A stretch of 64,000 bases of DNA. Source: Marsupella aquatica. Its lineage: Eukaryota > Plantae > Marchantiophyta. The notes below the pieces were generated by a model, which worked only from the letters and a program-made list of their open reading frames with translations, did no database searches and was not told where the DNA came from. Within the stretch, counting starts at the first letter, position 1. Every line of letters begins with the position of its first letter. Location: positions 2,499,355-2,563,354 of the forward strand of contig OZ316899.1 in NCBI GenBank assembly GCA_973895155.1, written 5' to 3'. Positions 50,670 through 61,500 of the stretch are shown piece after piece. The translations under genes and the position numbers were made by a program.

Positions 50670-51505
50670 TATCATGCCGTCAGCCTAGGCCTTAACCCAG
50701 GCTTCGGCTTAGACAGGCACATCCTTTGTTAAAATGAGGGTTTGGGCAGGGAGGGAGGCACGAAATGCACCTAACTCACATAAACTAGCGCTAAGTGCGC
50801 CTATAGTCATATACGGACACCTCTTAGGTATGGTTTGTGTTCTGCCGCCAGAACGTACCTCAATCGATAGCAGGATTGACCCCGTCTTATGGGCTTCTAA
50901 GCCTTCGTGTTGTCCGCCTTCGATCCGGATTTGATGGTATGGGTACTCAACCCGGGCTCGCAACCACTCACCCGCAAGCTGCACCCCGTGCATGACTTGG
51001 GTAGTGTGTTCGGCCAAGCGTTGGCACCTATACATGAGATTCACACATATACATACGCACAAGCATACAATCTCGATTTACACGAAGGAAATGATGGGAA
51101 AGGATTTTACTACATAGGAGACATATGCGTACACTTAGTTGACCCGAAAGCTTTGGAATGAACAGGTCCGAGGCCGAGGGTGTACACTACAACGGAGCCC
51201 GGCTCTGCACTCGCCCAACGAGCTTAGTCCTACACCCTCCCCTTGGTACTCTTTCACTCCCAGAGGTTGGGACTCCTCGCACATACCGCGGATGTCCAAC
51301 ACTGAGACTAAAAATCCCCCCCCCCCTTGCCTCTACCGAGGGGTGCACTAAATACTAAGGGCCAAGGAACGGAGTGCCCTCGCGCCCAAAGATTTGCTAA
51401 CTAAGGTCCTAACTAAGCTGGCTGTCAGGCCGGAAAACGGCTTGTCTTATTAGAAGATCATAATCTACGTAGGTTGTACAACATGGCAGTGCTGCTTCAA
51501 CTAGG
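50670..51505 (-). mobile_element. Distal about 0.84 kb of a family B LTR, interrupted by the family A element
   Basis: TATCATGCCGTCAGCC resembles the TGTCACGTCGTCAGCC terminus; collinear with 24304-25140. Confidence 0.85.
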
Positions 51506-51510
51506 GACTC

Positions 51511-54500
51511 TGTGATGCCTAGACAGGAATCACTCGGCCAGTTAAGTGGGTAAAGCAGGAAGGCACCCTAGGAACACCTTAGTATAGGGACAAAACAAGG
51601 AAAATATAAACAATTAGGGGCAACCATGGAACCCGGGCCGAGGCCGGAGGTAAGGACGCTGAGGGTGAAAACTCGATTAGGGTTAGGGCGCGTTAAGCAT
51701 CGGCGGCTAGGAAGGATCAACGGGAAGAAGGACCAGCAGAGGAGAGGGGTAAGGAGCGCTTGCAGGAGATGGTGGCTCATTTGCGAGCACGAACTAGGCA
51801 AACGACTACGGGAGGCCAACTACTGTCAGCTGCTTAGGCAAGCACTCAGGGAGAGAGTAGATACCAACGATCGACCTAAGGAGGGTATGAGCAACGTCAA
51901 TCAAGCGGGACATTTCTGGGGATGCCTATTTGAACGGGCAACTGAGTACATCAAGACTTACGAGGACGAGGAATCAGAAAGAGCAGCTCGAGAATGGCAG
52001 GAGCTCGCTCGATTGTGGGAGCTGCAGAAGACAACTTTCTTAGGAGGCGAACTCATCAAGGACGAGTTCCTGTGGACGCCTACTTCCAATCAACTCGACG
52101 ATCTTCTGTTTTGCAAAGACAGCGTCGTCGGCATCCGAGAGGCCATCAAGAACTGCAACGACATACACTGGGAATTAAAGGGTAGCAGGGAAAGGTGGAC
52201 CCAGGCAACGGTGCTAGGAGAAACCTCCACGGCAGCAGAGATGAAGAGGAAGGGAGCCGTCAACGATGAAGCCACCCCGGCAAAAAGAACGAGGTCGGCG
52301 GCACCAAAGAAGCCAGCCGAGCAGCAGAGCAGGAGGCAGGGAGAAGCCAAAGAGGAGGAGGTCGATCCCATCAAGGCCATTCCAACCAGGGATGACACCT
52401 GGAAGGGCTGGGCGGCAACCCTACCGGTGGAGGTGCAACTACATTTTGCACGGGAGGAGGATGCATGCTTTACGGCCATGCAGACCAAGAAGTACCAAGG
52501 CTTCATGGCCGGATCCGGCTTAGAGGCCTTTGTAAGATTACCATGGCTGAAGCCGGAGGTACCGGAGTCAGACCTATTAGAATTTGTGGGGTCATGGGAA
52601 CCCGAGACCAATTGCACGAGGATATATGGGAAGGATTTCTATCTTACTCCCAAGGTAATTGCCAAAGTGTTTGGCTTGCCGATAGGCAATAAGACCAAAG
52701 TTGATACCAGGAAGACCTTGCCTGACAAGGAGTTCCGGTCGTTCCCCGGGCCATCAGCGAAGAATGGCTTCTTCCGGAACACCTGCACCAACCCGCACAT
52801 AGGAGAGATGATCGACTTCTTGCGGGTGACCATGCATTGTAACTTGCCGAGGGCAGAGATCGGCAAAGCACAGGTCTATCTGGCAGAAAGGCCAGACCCA
52901 AGCCGGGACTACAACGGGTACCTCCTCAACCAATTGAAGAAGATCTTAAAGGAGGAGCAGCAGGTAATTGGCATGGGGAGCGTATCGCGGCTTGGCTATC
53001 ACATGCCGCTGTTGTGCCGGTATGCCAGAGGTCAGACTTTTGCCCCAGTACTTCCCCTGCAGGTAAGGGCACCCGAGGAAGCTCCAACGCCGAGGCCGTT
53101 GGCTGAGAAGCCTCAACCACCTGTTAGCCCTACGATCGAGCAGGTGTTTAGGCCCAGGAAGGAGGACTTGCCGATGCAGCAACCAGGCATGCAGAGTCTG
53201 CTGAAACTACTGGAGAAAGAAAAGAAATCGGCATCAGCAACAACAACGGCAACGGCAACAATGCAGGACACTACTACAGAGGTAGGCCTACACCGGCTCA
53301 CAAGAGAAAACCCCTTTGCTGGAGACAAGGAGAGAATCAGGCCGGAATCCAAGCCAGGTGTTCGAATGTATGTGGGAATCTCAAGCTCCAAATCTGAGGC
53401 AGAATTGCCTGAAGCTCCTACCGACGAAGAGGAGAGGGAGAAGCCGGACGTCCATGAAGTAGAGGAGGCAGTGGAGGACTGCAGCCATGATAATTCCGGC
53501 TATGGGTCGGACCATCATGTTCCAGGAGTAAGGACCTGTGGCCGGTTTGTCCCCACACTTCCAAGGGTAGTGCGAGGGGACCCCAACCAGTAGAGTAGCC
53601 CTGAGTCTCCCCCACCAGATGTTGCTCCCCCGAGCTTCAACGGCATAAAACAGACGGTGCAGGAATTTCAGGAGCGAATCAGGCAGGAAGAGGAGGCAGC
53701 CCTGGCTAGGGAAAAGGATTTACCAGGAGGAGATTGGCCGGAGGACATCAGGCGGCTAGCCGAAAAAGGAAGCAAACCTCTAGCCACGATTGAAGAGATC
53801 CGCAGGACGGCTTGGGAGCAGAGGCCGCGATGGGCGATGCCGATCACTTCTACTTACTCCACCTACGCTAAGAATAGAGCCATGGAGTATGGTGAGATGT
53901 GTGGGGAACTTGCGCTCGGCATCTTTGGAGAGGAGTTGGAGGTAGGACCCTTTTTCCATAGGGAGCAGTTGGAGAAGCACCAATTAGAAGAAGCGGTGGC
54001 TTTAGAGAGAAGCAAGGACGAGGTCATTCGGCGCCTTAGGAGGATGGAAGCCGAGATTGAAGATCTAAGGGCGGCCAAGAAAGCCCAAGATGAACTGCGG
54101 ATTAAACGGCATGAGCTGAACATCATGCAGGGGCAGTTGGACACCGCGCAGGCTGATAATCAGAATATCAAGGATAAACTGAATCAGACGCAGGGAGAGT
54201 TGGCCGACACGATCAAAGAGAGGGAGAAGTGGAAGCAAGAGCTGAAGAATACAGAGGAGGCCCACATAACAGCCAACAGCCGGGCCATGGCGGAGACCCA
54301 AAGAAAGGAATGGGCGTTGAAGGGGGAGCTCGAGAAAATCCGCGGAGCCCTTGAGCAGAAGGAGGCCGAGTTAGGGAAATCCTATCAAGGGATTATGGCG
54401 CTGCAGCAGGAGCTTGCATCCCTGATGGCCAGCTTCAAGGCCAACCTAAGGGAGAAGGACGAGATGCTCGAACAGACTTACGCCAAGATGAACCAGATGG

Positions 54501-56158
54501 AGTCTGTCATCATTGCAGAGCTCGACAAGGAGCTAAGAGCAACCCGGGAGGAGAGGACTACCTTGAAACAAGAACGGGAGGAAGCCCAGAAGGAACTAGA
54601 GGAGGCACGCAAGGACCTGGATGAGACCCAGGAGGAGTTGGAGGAAATCACAAGGAAGATGGAGAACCTCCAGCGGCGGGCCGACAACCAAACGGAGCGG
54701 CTGAAGAAACAAGCCACAGTATTTAAGTGCTTGTCTTCATCAGGCCCAACTCCAATTGGGGCAACCAAGTTACCAGGAGTGGTACTGGCCGAAGAAAAAG
54801 CCGCGCCACCTGCACCAGTGCCGGAAGTAAGTGGGAAGGGGAAGGGACCAGCTGCCGAACCAGAAAAGAAGAAAAAGCGGAAACCTTCAGGGTCAAGGAG
54901 TAATCCGACTCCACAAGCCGTGGTGACCAAGGAGGTAGAACCAGCACCATCCTCCGGCATGAATACGGCAATAGATCCCGCTATCATCACAGGTGGGGGT
55001 GGTGCGGCCCAAGCCGAACTACTCAGTAATGAGGCCGGTATTCCAGATCCGCCTCTTGAGCAGGCCGGGGAGACCGTAGCCGAGGCTGAGGCCGTAACCG
55101 ATTCCCGAGCCGATGGTGGACCCAGTCAGGCCGATGGAGAGTTGACTCAGTCAAGGGCAGGTAATCTGTCAGAAAATGAACCTATGGCAGTGGCTGAGGA
55201 GGAAGCGTTGGGGGCGTCCATTAAGGATCCACCACCGGTGTCGTGACGGTGCAAGGGCGCCGTTCCTTTTAGGGAGGGCGGACGTGGAGGGAGGAGGCGT
55301 GAGTGGGCAGGGCGGGCGCTGATCTCCAAGTTTAAGATTAGGATCAGGACCAGGAGCGGCCCTAACACTTAGCTTAGTGGGATTGCGGTCCCACTGGTAG
55401 GAGCAACACTTGTGCTCCTGCCTTGCTGTACATAGGTAGATTCGGGCAAGTAGATTACTGTTAAGTAGATTAGGCTTACGATGCAAAGAATGGCGGATCC
55501 ACTACCAGGATAAGTACCTGGGCAGCGGGGAGCTCAGGGCCTCTTCTTTAGCAAGTTTTTAGTTTGCACCAGCCGGGCTGGGATCAAGTAGTACGAGAAG
55601 CTCTCGGTTAGTCATACAGTGACCCTTGTGTATATTCATGTTTCCTCATGCCTAAGAGCTGAATAGAGTTGGCCTCACGGCTTAGTTCGCAGAGCTTGTG
55701 TATGAGATGTACTGTTTGTATGGCAAGTGCATGGTATGACTCAGTCAGAATGAGTCATTTTGCTATTTGTGTGTCGCATTAACTTGTGTGAAGAGTGTCC
55801 ACATCAACCAAAAGGAAGGAAAGTAAGCAGGGGAGTGAGAGTTGGATGTGTCGAGCTGAGAGAGGTCTTAGCGGCTTAACCAAGCCTATTGGGGATCATT
55901 CCGGCGGCGGAATCCAAACATACCTAACAAGACGGAGGGGAAGACAGGGGAAGGCCTAGATTAGGCCGGCTACGTATCTCATGACCCGATGAAGGATCTG
56001 TCCAGTATATGTGTGTAAAATGTTAATAGTAGTACTAGAAGGTTAGCAGCGTCCCATGCCGCTAAGCCGCGGAAACAGCCTCGCCAAGCGCGAAACCTGC
56101 AGGAATCGGCTTGAGCTGGGGGGTTTCTTGGGTTTAGGGAGCCATGGGACGCACCACA
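51511..56158 (+). repeat. 5' LTR of gypsy A (4648 bp)
   Basis: TGTGATGCC...GCACCACA. Both ends are independently defined by the TSD-flanked solo LTR at 12586-16435, and the PBS follows after 4 nt. Confidence 0.96.
51626..55246 (+). CDS. LTR-encoded gene of family A: 1206 codons with a single premature TAG (53591-53593)
   Basis: ORFs 51626-53593 and 53657-55246 are in frame; the TAG is CAG in the 3' LTR. Conserved central domain, basic NLS-like motifs and a long coiled coil. Confidence 0.88.
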
Positions 56159-56162
56159 TTTT

Positions 56163-56181
56163 TGGCGCTAGATGGAGGGGG
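56163..56181 (+). other. Primer-binding site of gypsy A, tRNA-Asn-like
   Basis: TGGCGCTAGATGGAGGGGG, identical to the family B PBS. Confidence 0.7.
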
Positions 56182-56227
56182 CATTTCTTAAGCCGTGAGA
56201 TATGAAGTTAGAACGGAAGCGTAGGTA

Positions 56228-57499
56228 ATGATTGACCTTACGCCGAGGGAAGAAAGAGTGATTCAACGGGAGAGAGCTCGACTGCAGCAGCTCGCCGGGT
56301 GGCATGATACACAGCGACTGAGAGGGGCAGAAAGAGCTGGTAGCTCCAAAACTGGAAGTGGCGTCGAAGAAGACATACCAGAAGAAGAGTCGGTAAGGAG
56401 AAGTGAGTCTCCAACCGACATGGGGGAACCAGAGGCACGGCCAGACGAGAGGCCAGGGACCAGATTGAGCCAGCGGTCGTGCATACATTACAAGGCATTT
56501 CATGGGAGAGGAGATGAGGATCCGGACAAATGGTTGGATGATTTCGAGGGAACCGCTGCAGCAAATGGAGAATCGGCCATCAAGATGCAGATTCTTCCCG
56601 GCCTGTTCAAGGGTGAGGCTAGGCCTTGGTATAGAGCATTAGATGTGGAAGATCAAGCCATCTGGGATATCTTCAAAACACTCTTTGTTAAGGAGTTTCG
56701 ACCAATTGGAACTTCAGAACTAGCAGTGCTGAAGTTGGGACGACTTCGGTTCAAGGAGAACAAATCCTTCAGGAAGTTCTTGCAACGCTTTCAGAAACTG
56801 GTAAGACGTACAAAGACCAATGCATCTGAAGGTATGCAACTTCAATGGTTGGTGAATGCTTTGCCACAGAAGATGAGTTTTGCAATTAGGAAGGAGAACC
56901 CAGAGACTTTAGCCGAAGCAATTAAGGATATTCAATTATACATTAATGCAGATATCACAAGCCGGAAGAAACAGCTTAAGTCTGAGAGTTCCTCATCAGA
57001 AGAGGGATCACCCCATAAGAAAAAAGATAAGAAGAAGAAACATTCTAAGAAGTCTAGAAGTGATAAGTCAAGCTCGGATAGTGGGAGTAGCAAGAGTGAG
57101 TCATCTTCTAGTTCTGAAGAAGAAAAAACTACCAAAAGGAAGGGCAGAAGGAGAGGGAAGACGAAAGTCAAGCTGGAGGCTAAGCCACCAGATAACATCG
57201 TAGCCCTTACCGAGCAACTTAAGGCTATCATTGCAGAGGTAAAACCGAAGAAGAAGGTAGTACAGGAGGATAGCTCTGTATGGTGTGCCTTATGTTATAA
57301 AACCGGACACCATAAAGATGCGTGTCCTAAGCTTAATACTAATCATGTTCGGCATGTGGCCGAGATCAGACCATGTCAGGGAGAAGTAGAGTACTTTTTA
57401 GGAGATGCCGCTGATAGTGTTTTCGGCATCAGTGAGACTGGAGCACGAGACCTATCCAACAGACCTGCATCTCTATGGTCAGGGTTAAGGAACAACTAA
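56228..57499 (+). CDS. gag: Gag of gypsy A (423 aa)
   Basis: FHGRGDEDPDKWL..GEARPWY capsid motifs, a Ser/Lys-rich linker and one knuckle CALCYKTGHHKDAC; homologous to family B gag. Confidence 0.9.
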   Translation: MIDLTPREERVIQRERARLQQLAGWHDTQRLRGAERAGSSKTGSGVEEDIPEEESVRRSESPTDMGEPEARPDERPGTRLSQRSCIHYKAFHGRGDEDPDKWLDDFEGTAAANGESAIKMQILPGLFKGEARPWYRALDVEDQAIWDIFKTLFVKEFRPIGTSELAVLKLGRLRFKENKSFRKFLQRFQKLVRRTKTNASEGMQLQWLVNALPQKMSFAIRKENPETLAEAIKDIQLYINADITSRKKQLKSESSSSEEGSPHKKKDKKKKHSKKSRSDKSSSDSGSSKSESSSSSEEEKTTKRKGRRRGKTKVKLEAKPPDNIVALTEQLKAIIAEVKPKKKVVQEDSSVWCALCYKTGHHKDACPKLNTNHVRHVAEIRPCQGEVEYFLGDAADSVFGISETGARDLSNRPASLWSGLRNN

Positions 57500-58572
57500 G
57501 AGAATTAGAAACCCTAGAGAATACCGAAGCCATTGCCAAGGATGTAAAACGAGCAAAAGCATTGTTTGCTTCGAAAGACCCAACAGCTGTGGAGACTAGC
57601 GTGGCAAAACTGGCCGAATCCAAGACGGAGACACCACCAGAGGAGAAGCCGATTGTTCCCTATGACCTGGCTAAAGATGTACTAGAATCTAGAGTCTCGG
57701 CAACAGTAGGTCAACTATTGAAAAATAGCCCGTACTTCCGGAAGCAATTAAGGAAGGCTATTCTCGGCAAGCCGAGATTACCCAAGGTAGCAACCAGATC
57801 CGACGTACTAATGATAGAAGAAGATCAAGGAGCCCCAGCATTACCATTAATGATTCAAGGAGAATTATTACTACGGGTACCCATCGATGGAGGATCAGGG
57901 GTATGTATTATGATTGATTCAACAGCAAAAGGGTGGGGTCTAACACCGGAGATGACTGGAAGAGTGTTGAACATGGCCAATGGATATCAGGTCATTCCCA
58001 CGGGAGTGTTAACCGGCATCAAGACAGAGATAGGAGGTATCTTCTTTAGCATTAACTATGTAGTAATGAAGCCGGTAAATCCTACGTCATTCCGGCTATT
58101 GATTGGTAGGCCATGGCTGTACCTAGCCGAGGTAATAGAAGATTGGGGTAAAAAGCAGTTCACTTTCGGGACCCCCTCTATCACGGTATCCTGGGACACT
58201 AAGGATGACCGTAGGAAAAGCATAAGGGAAGTAGATGGGTACGACAGTGGACTGGAGTCAGCCGATGAAGTACGTTGGTTAGAATGCCTCACTGACCTAA
58301 CCGAAGAAAGTGTCTTTGGACCAGAGGTACCCCCCAGCGGATTATGGCAAGAACCAATGGAAGGTGACTTGGAAGAAGAAGACGAAGAGGTCGAGGACTG
58401 CTTTACAATAGAATCCACCTTTTTAGCTGCAATTCCGGAGGAAGTAAAGGATGTAGACCAATTGGATGAAACGGCTAAGTGGGGAGCAGTAGCAGGGACA
58501 GTGGATTTTCTGCAGGCGTTGTGGCAGAGCCGGCAGGGTTCACAACGCCATCGATCATTGGCAAGGAATTAA
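57475..58572 (+). CDS. pro: Aspartic protease-containing ORF of gypsy A (-1 frame relative to gag)
   Basis: PIDGGSGVCIM, LLIGRPWL; collinear with the family B PR region. Confidence 0.85.
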   Translation: MVRVKEQLRELETLENTEAIAKDVKRAKALFASKDPTAVETSVAKLAESKTETPPEEKPIVPYDLAKDVLESRVSATVGQLLKNSPYFRKQLRKAILGKPRLPKVATRSDVLMIEEDQGAPALPLMIQGELLLRVPIDGGSGVCIMIDSTAKGWGLTPEMTGRVLNMANGYQVIPTGVLTGIKTEIGGIFFSINYVVMKPVNPTSFRLLIGRPWLYLAEVIEDWGKKQFTFGTPSITVSWDTKDDRRKSIREVDGYDSGLESADEVRWLECLTDLTEESVFGPEVPPSGLWQEPMEGDLEEEDEEVEDCFTIESTFLAAIPEEVKDVDQLDETAKWGAVAGTVDFLQALWQSRQGSQRHRSLARN

Positions 58573-61500
58573 ATACCAAGGGATCGGCATACAAGCAGAT
58601 TACGAGGGCAGAACAAATTGAGGCCCTATTAGAAGCCGAGAGAGCACAGCGGCCTGACTCTCAGGAGCAAGAGGTGGATGAGATGGACAGACACAATCCA
58701 GAGCCAAGGCAGGAAGGGGAGCCGACCACCAATTCAAAACCGAATAGACCGGCAAGGGGACAATCTATGGACACCAAGGAAGGGACCGACTCGGCTAGTC
58801 CAGCCGAGATTCCAGTTTATGGAGGTATGAGATTGGAGAGACTGGAAGCCGAACTGGACCCGAATTTGAAGAAGCAGATTAATATGATCCAAGCACGGCA
58901 ATATCGGAAGCTCGACTTAGGAGAGGGAAGAGAACTGAACTTAGGGAGAAACCTAGCACCTGAGCTCGAGAAAGAGATCAATGACTTATTGATTGAATTT
59001 CAGGATGTGTTTGCATGGAGTCACCAAGATCTAAAGGGAGTAGATCCAACACTAGGGGAACATCGAATTGATCTCATGTTAGGAGCCAAATCATTTCGAC
59101 AACCAATTCGAAGGATGAACCCGAAGTATTCCCTGCTGGTCAAAACAGAAATCGACAAACTAGTGGAAGCTGGATTCATCACTCCAGTCCTGCATTCAGA
59201 CTGGGTGTCTCCAATTGTGATAGTTCCCAAGAAAGCTGGACCCGATGGTAAACCCAAGATCCGGGTTTGTCAGGATTACAGGAAGCTGAATGAAGCAACA
59301 TTAAAAGACCATTTTCCTTTACCGTTTACTGATATGGTACTAGACATGGTAGCCAGTCATGAACTATATTCATTCATGGATGGATACTCTGGTTATAACC
59401 AAATCAGGATTCGGCAGGAAGACCAAATCAAGACGGCCTTCATCACGGAATGGGGGATCTATGTCTTCAATCGTATGCCGTTTGGACTCTGCAACGCACC
59501 AGCTATGTTTCAACGATTGATGGTGAACATTTTCCATGATTACTTGAGAAAGTTCATGGAAATCTTCATTGATGACTTTGCAGTATTCGGGAAGGCATCG
59601 AAACATGCTAAATACCTCAGGAAAACCTTCATGAGATGTAGAGAGGTGGGTCTCAAGTTACACCCAGATAAATGTTTCTTTGCAGTAACCGAGGGGGTGC
59701 TACTAGGTCACAAGGTATCAAGGAAGGGCATTGAGATTGACAAAGGTAAGCTAGCAGTATGGCTAGATATCATGCAACCTAAGAACATAAAGGATGTAAG
59801 ATCCTTCTTGGGATGCATTGGTTACTATCGCCGGTTCATCAAGGATTTTGCCAAGCTAGCTTTACCATTAACCAACATGCTCAAGACAGGAGCAGACTTC
59901 GAACCCACACCCGAACGAGTCACAGCGGTGGTAGAATTGAAGCAGATGTTAGTAGAGGCCCCAGTCATGATAGCACCGGACTGGAACAAAGATTTTCATG
60001 TTTTTGTAGATGTCTCGGGCTTCTGTATCGGCTCAGTACTAAGTCAGTTGGATGAGAAAGGAAGGGACCATCCCATATACTTCGCAAGCCGTCAGCTTGC
60101 CGATGCCGAACGGAACTACTCCACCACAGAGAGAGAAGCATTAGGAGTCATTTATTCTTGTAAAAAGTTTAGGCATTATTTACTAGGGTACAAGGTAATC
60201 TTTCATACCGATCATGAAAGTTTGAAGTACCTAGTCAATAAGCCGGACCTTACAGGCAGAGTAGCAAGATGGATTTTGCTATTACAGGAGTTTGACTATG
60301 AGCTGAGGATCAAGCCGGGAAAGTTACACGCCAATGCCGACTTCTTTTCAAGGATCACAGGTAAACCTGCCACGGATTGCATCGATGATCGATTCCCCGA
60401 CGAGGAGCTATTCGTTGTGGAAATAGCTGATACATGGTACCCTGAGATTTTACAATTTCTCAGCACTTCCAGATTACAGCCAAGATTAAGCCGAGAGCAA
60501 GCCGTAGTCTTTGTGCGGAAGGTCAGACAGTATCAGTGCATTAAAGGCATACTGCACAAGCATGGAATCAACGGCACGATTCAAAGGTGTTTGGAAAAGG
60601 GAGAGGTAAAACGAGTCCTACGGGCCATGCATGGAGAGGAAGCCGGAGGACATTTTGCCCCAGTAACCACGTCTAAGAAGATATTAAATGCCGGTTACTG
60701 GTGGCCCACCTTGCACAAGGATGTCTATCAGTTTATCAAACAATGCGATCCTTGTCAACGAGCGGGAGGACCAAGGGCGTCCACCAGACATCCACTGCAC
60801 CCTATTCTACCTCTGGCACCATTCGAGAAGTGGGGTATTGATTACATTGGACCTCTGAAGCCACTGACCCACCCTCGACGGAACAAGTACATGATCCTGG
60901 CTACGGATTATGCAACTAAATGGGTAGAGGCCAGACCAACAACGAAGGATGATGCAATTACTACGGCTAGATTCATGTATGAGCAGATCTTCACCAGGTA
61001 TGGAGCACCCCTAGAATTAGTTAGTGATAGAGGAACCCATTTTTTGAATGATATAATTAGTCGTTTAAATGAGCAGTATTTAGTTAAACATAGGCCTACT
61101 ACTCCCTACCATCCAAAGGCAAATGGGTTGACAAAACGAGCAAACGGAATTATAGGAAAGATATTGAACAAGACAGTAGCTCAGAACAAACTCGATTGGG
61201 ATGATAAATTGTTTGCTGTTGTTTTTGCTTACAATCTTGCCTATAAATCCACTACCGGTCATACACCCTTCTTCTTAACCTTTGGACAAGAAGCCCTGGT
61301 ACCCATGCAACTTGAGATACCGACATTTCAAGTTACAATTGAGGAAAGAGCCTTAGCGGAGGAGAGCCTAAAGGAGCGAGAATATAGGTTAGAAGCTTTA
61401 GAGGAGGCGAGAATGATTTCAGCCGAGAGAGTAGAATATAGACAGAATATCATGAAGCAGCAGTATGATAAAAAGTTGAAAGTAGTTAGTATTCACACCG

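Noticed and set aside
51626-55246. LTR ORF as a viral envelope gene, or the coiled-coil half as a host SMC/myosin-like gene
   Set aside because: No signal peptide, transmembrane segment or fusion-type motif was seen. The coiled coil is in frame with the upstream half and repeated in every LTR copy, so it is not a host gene.
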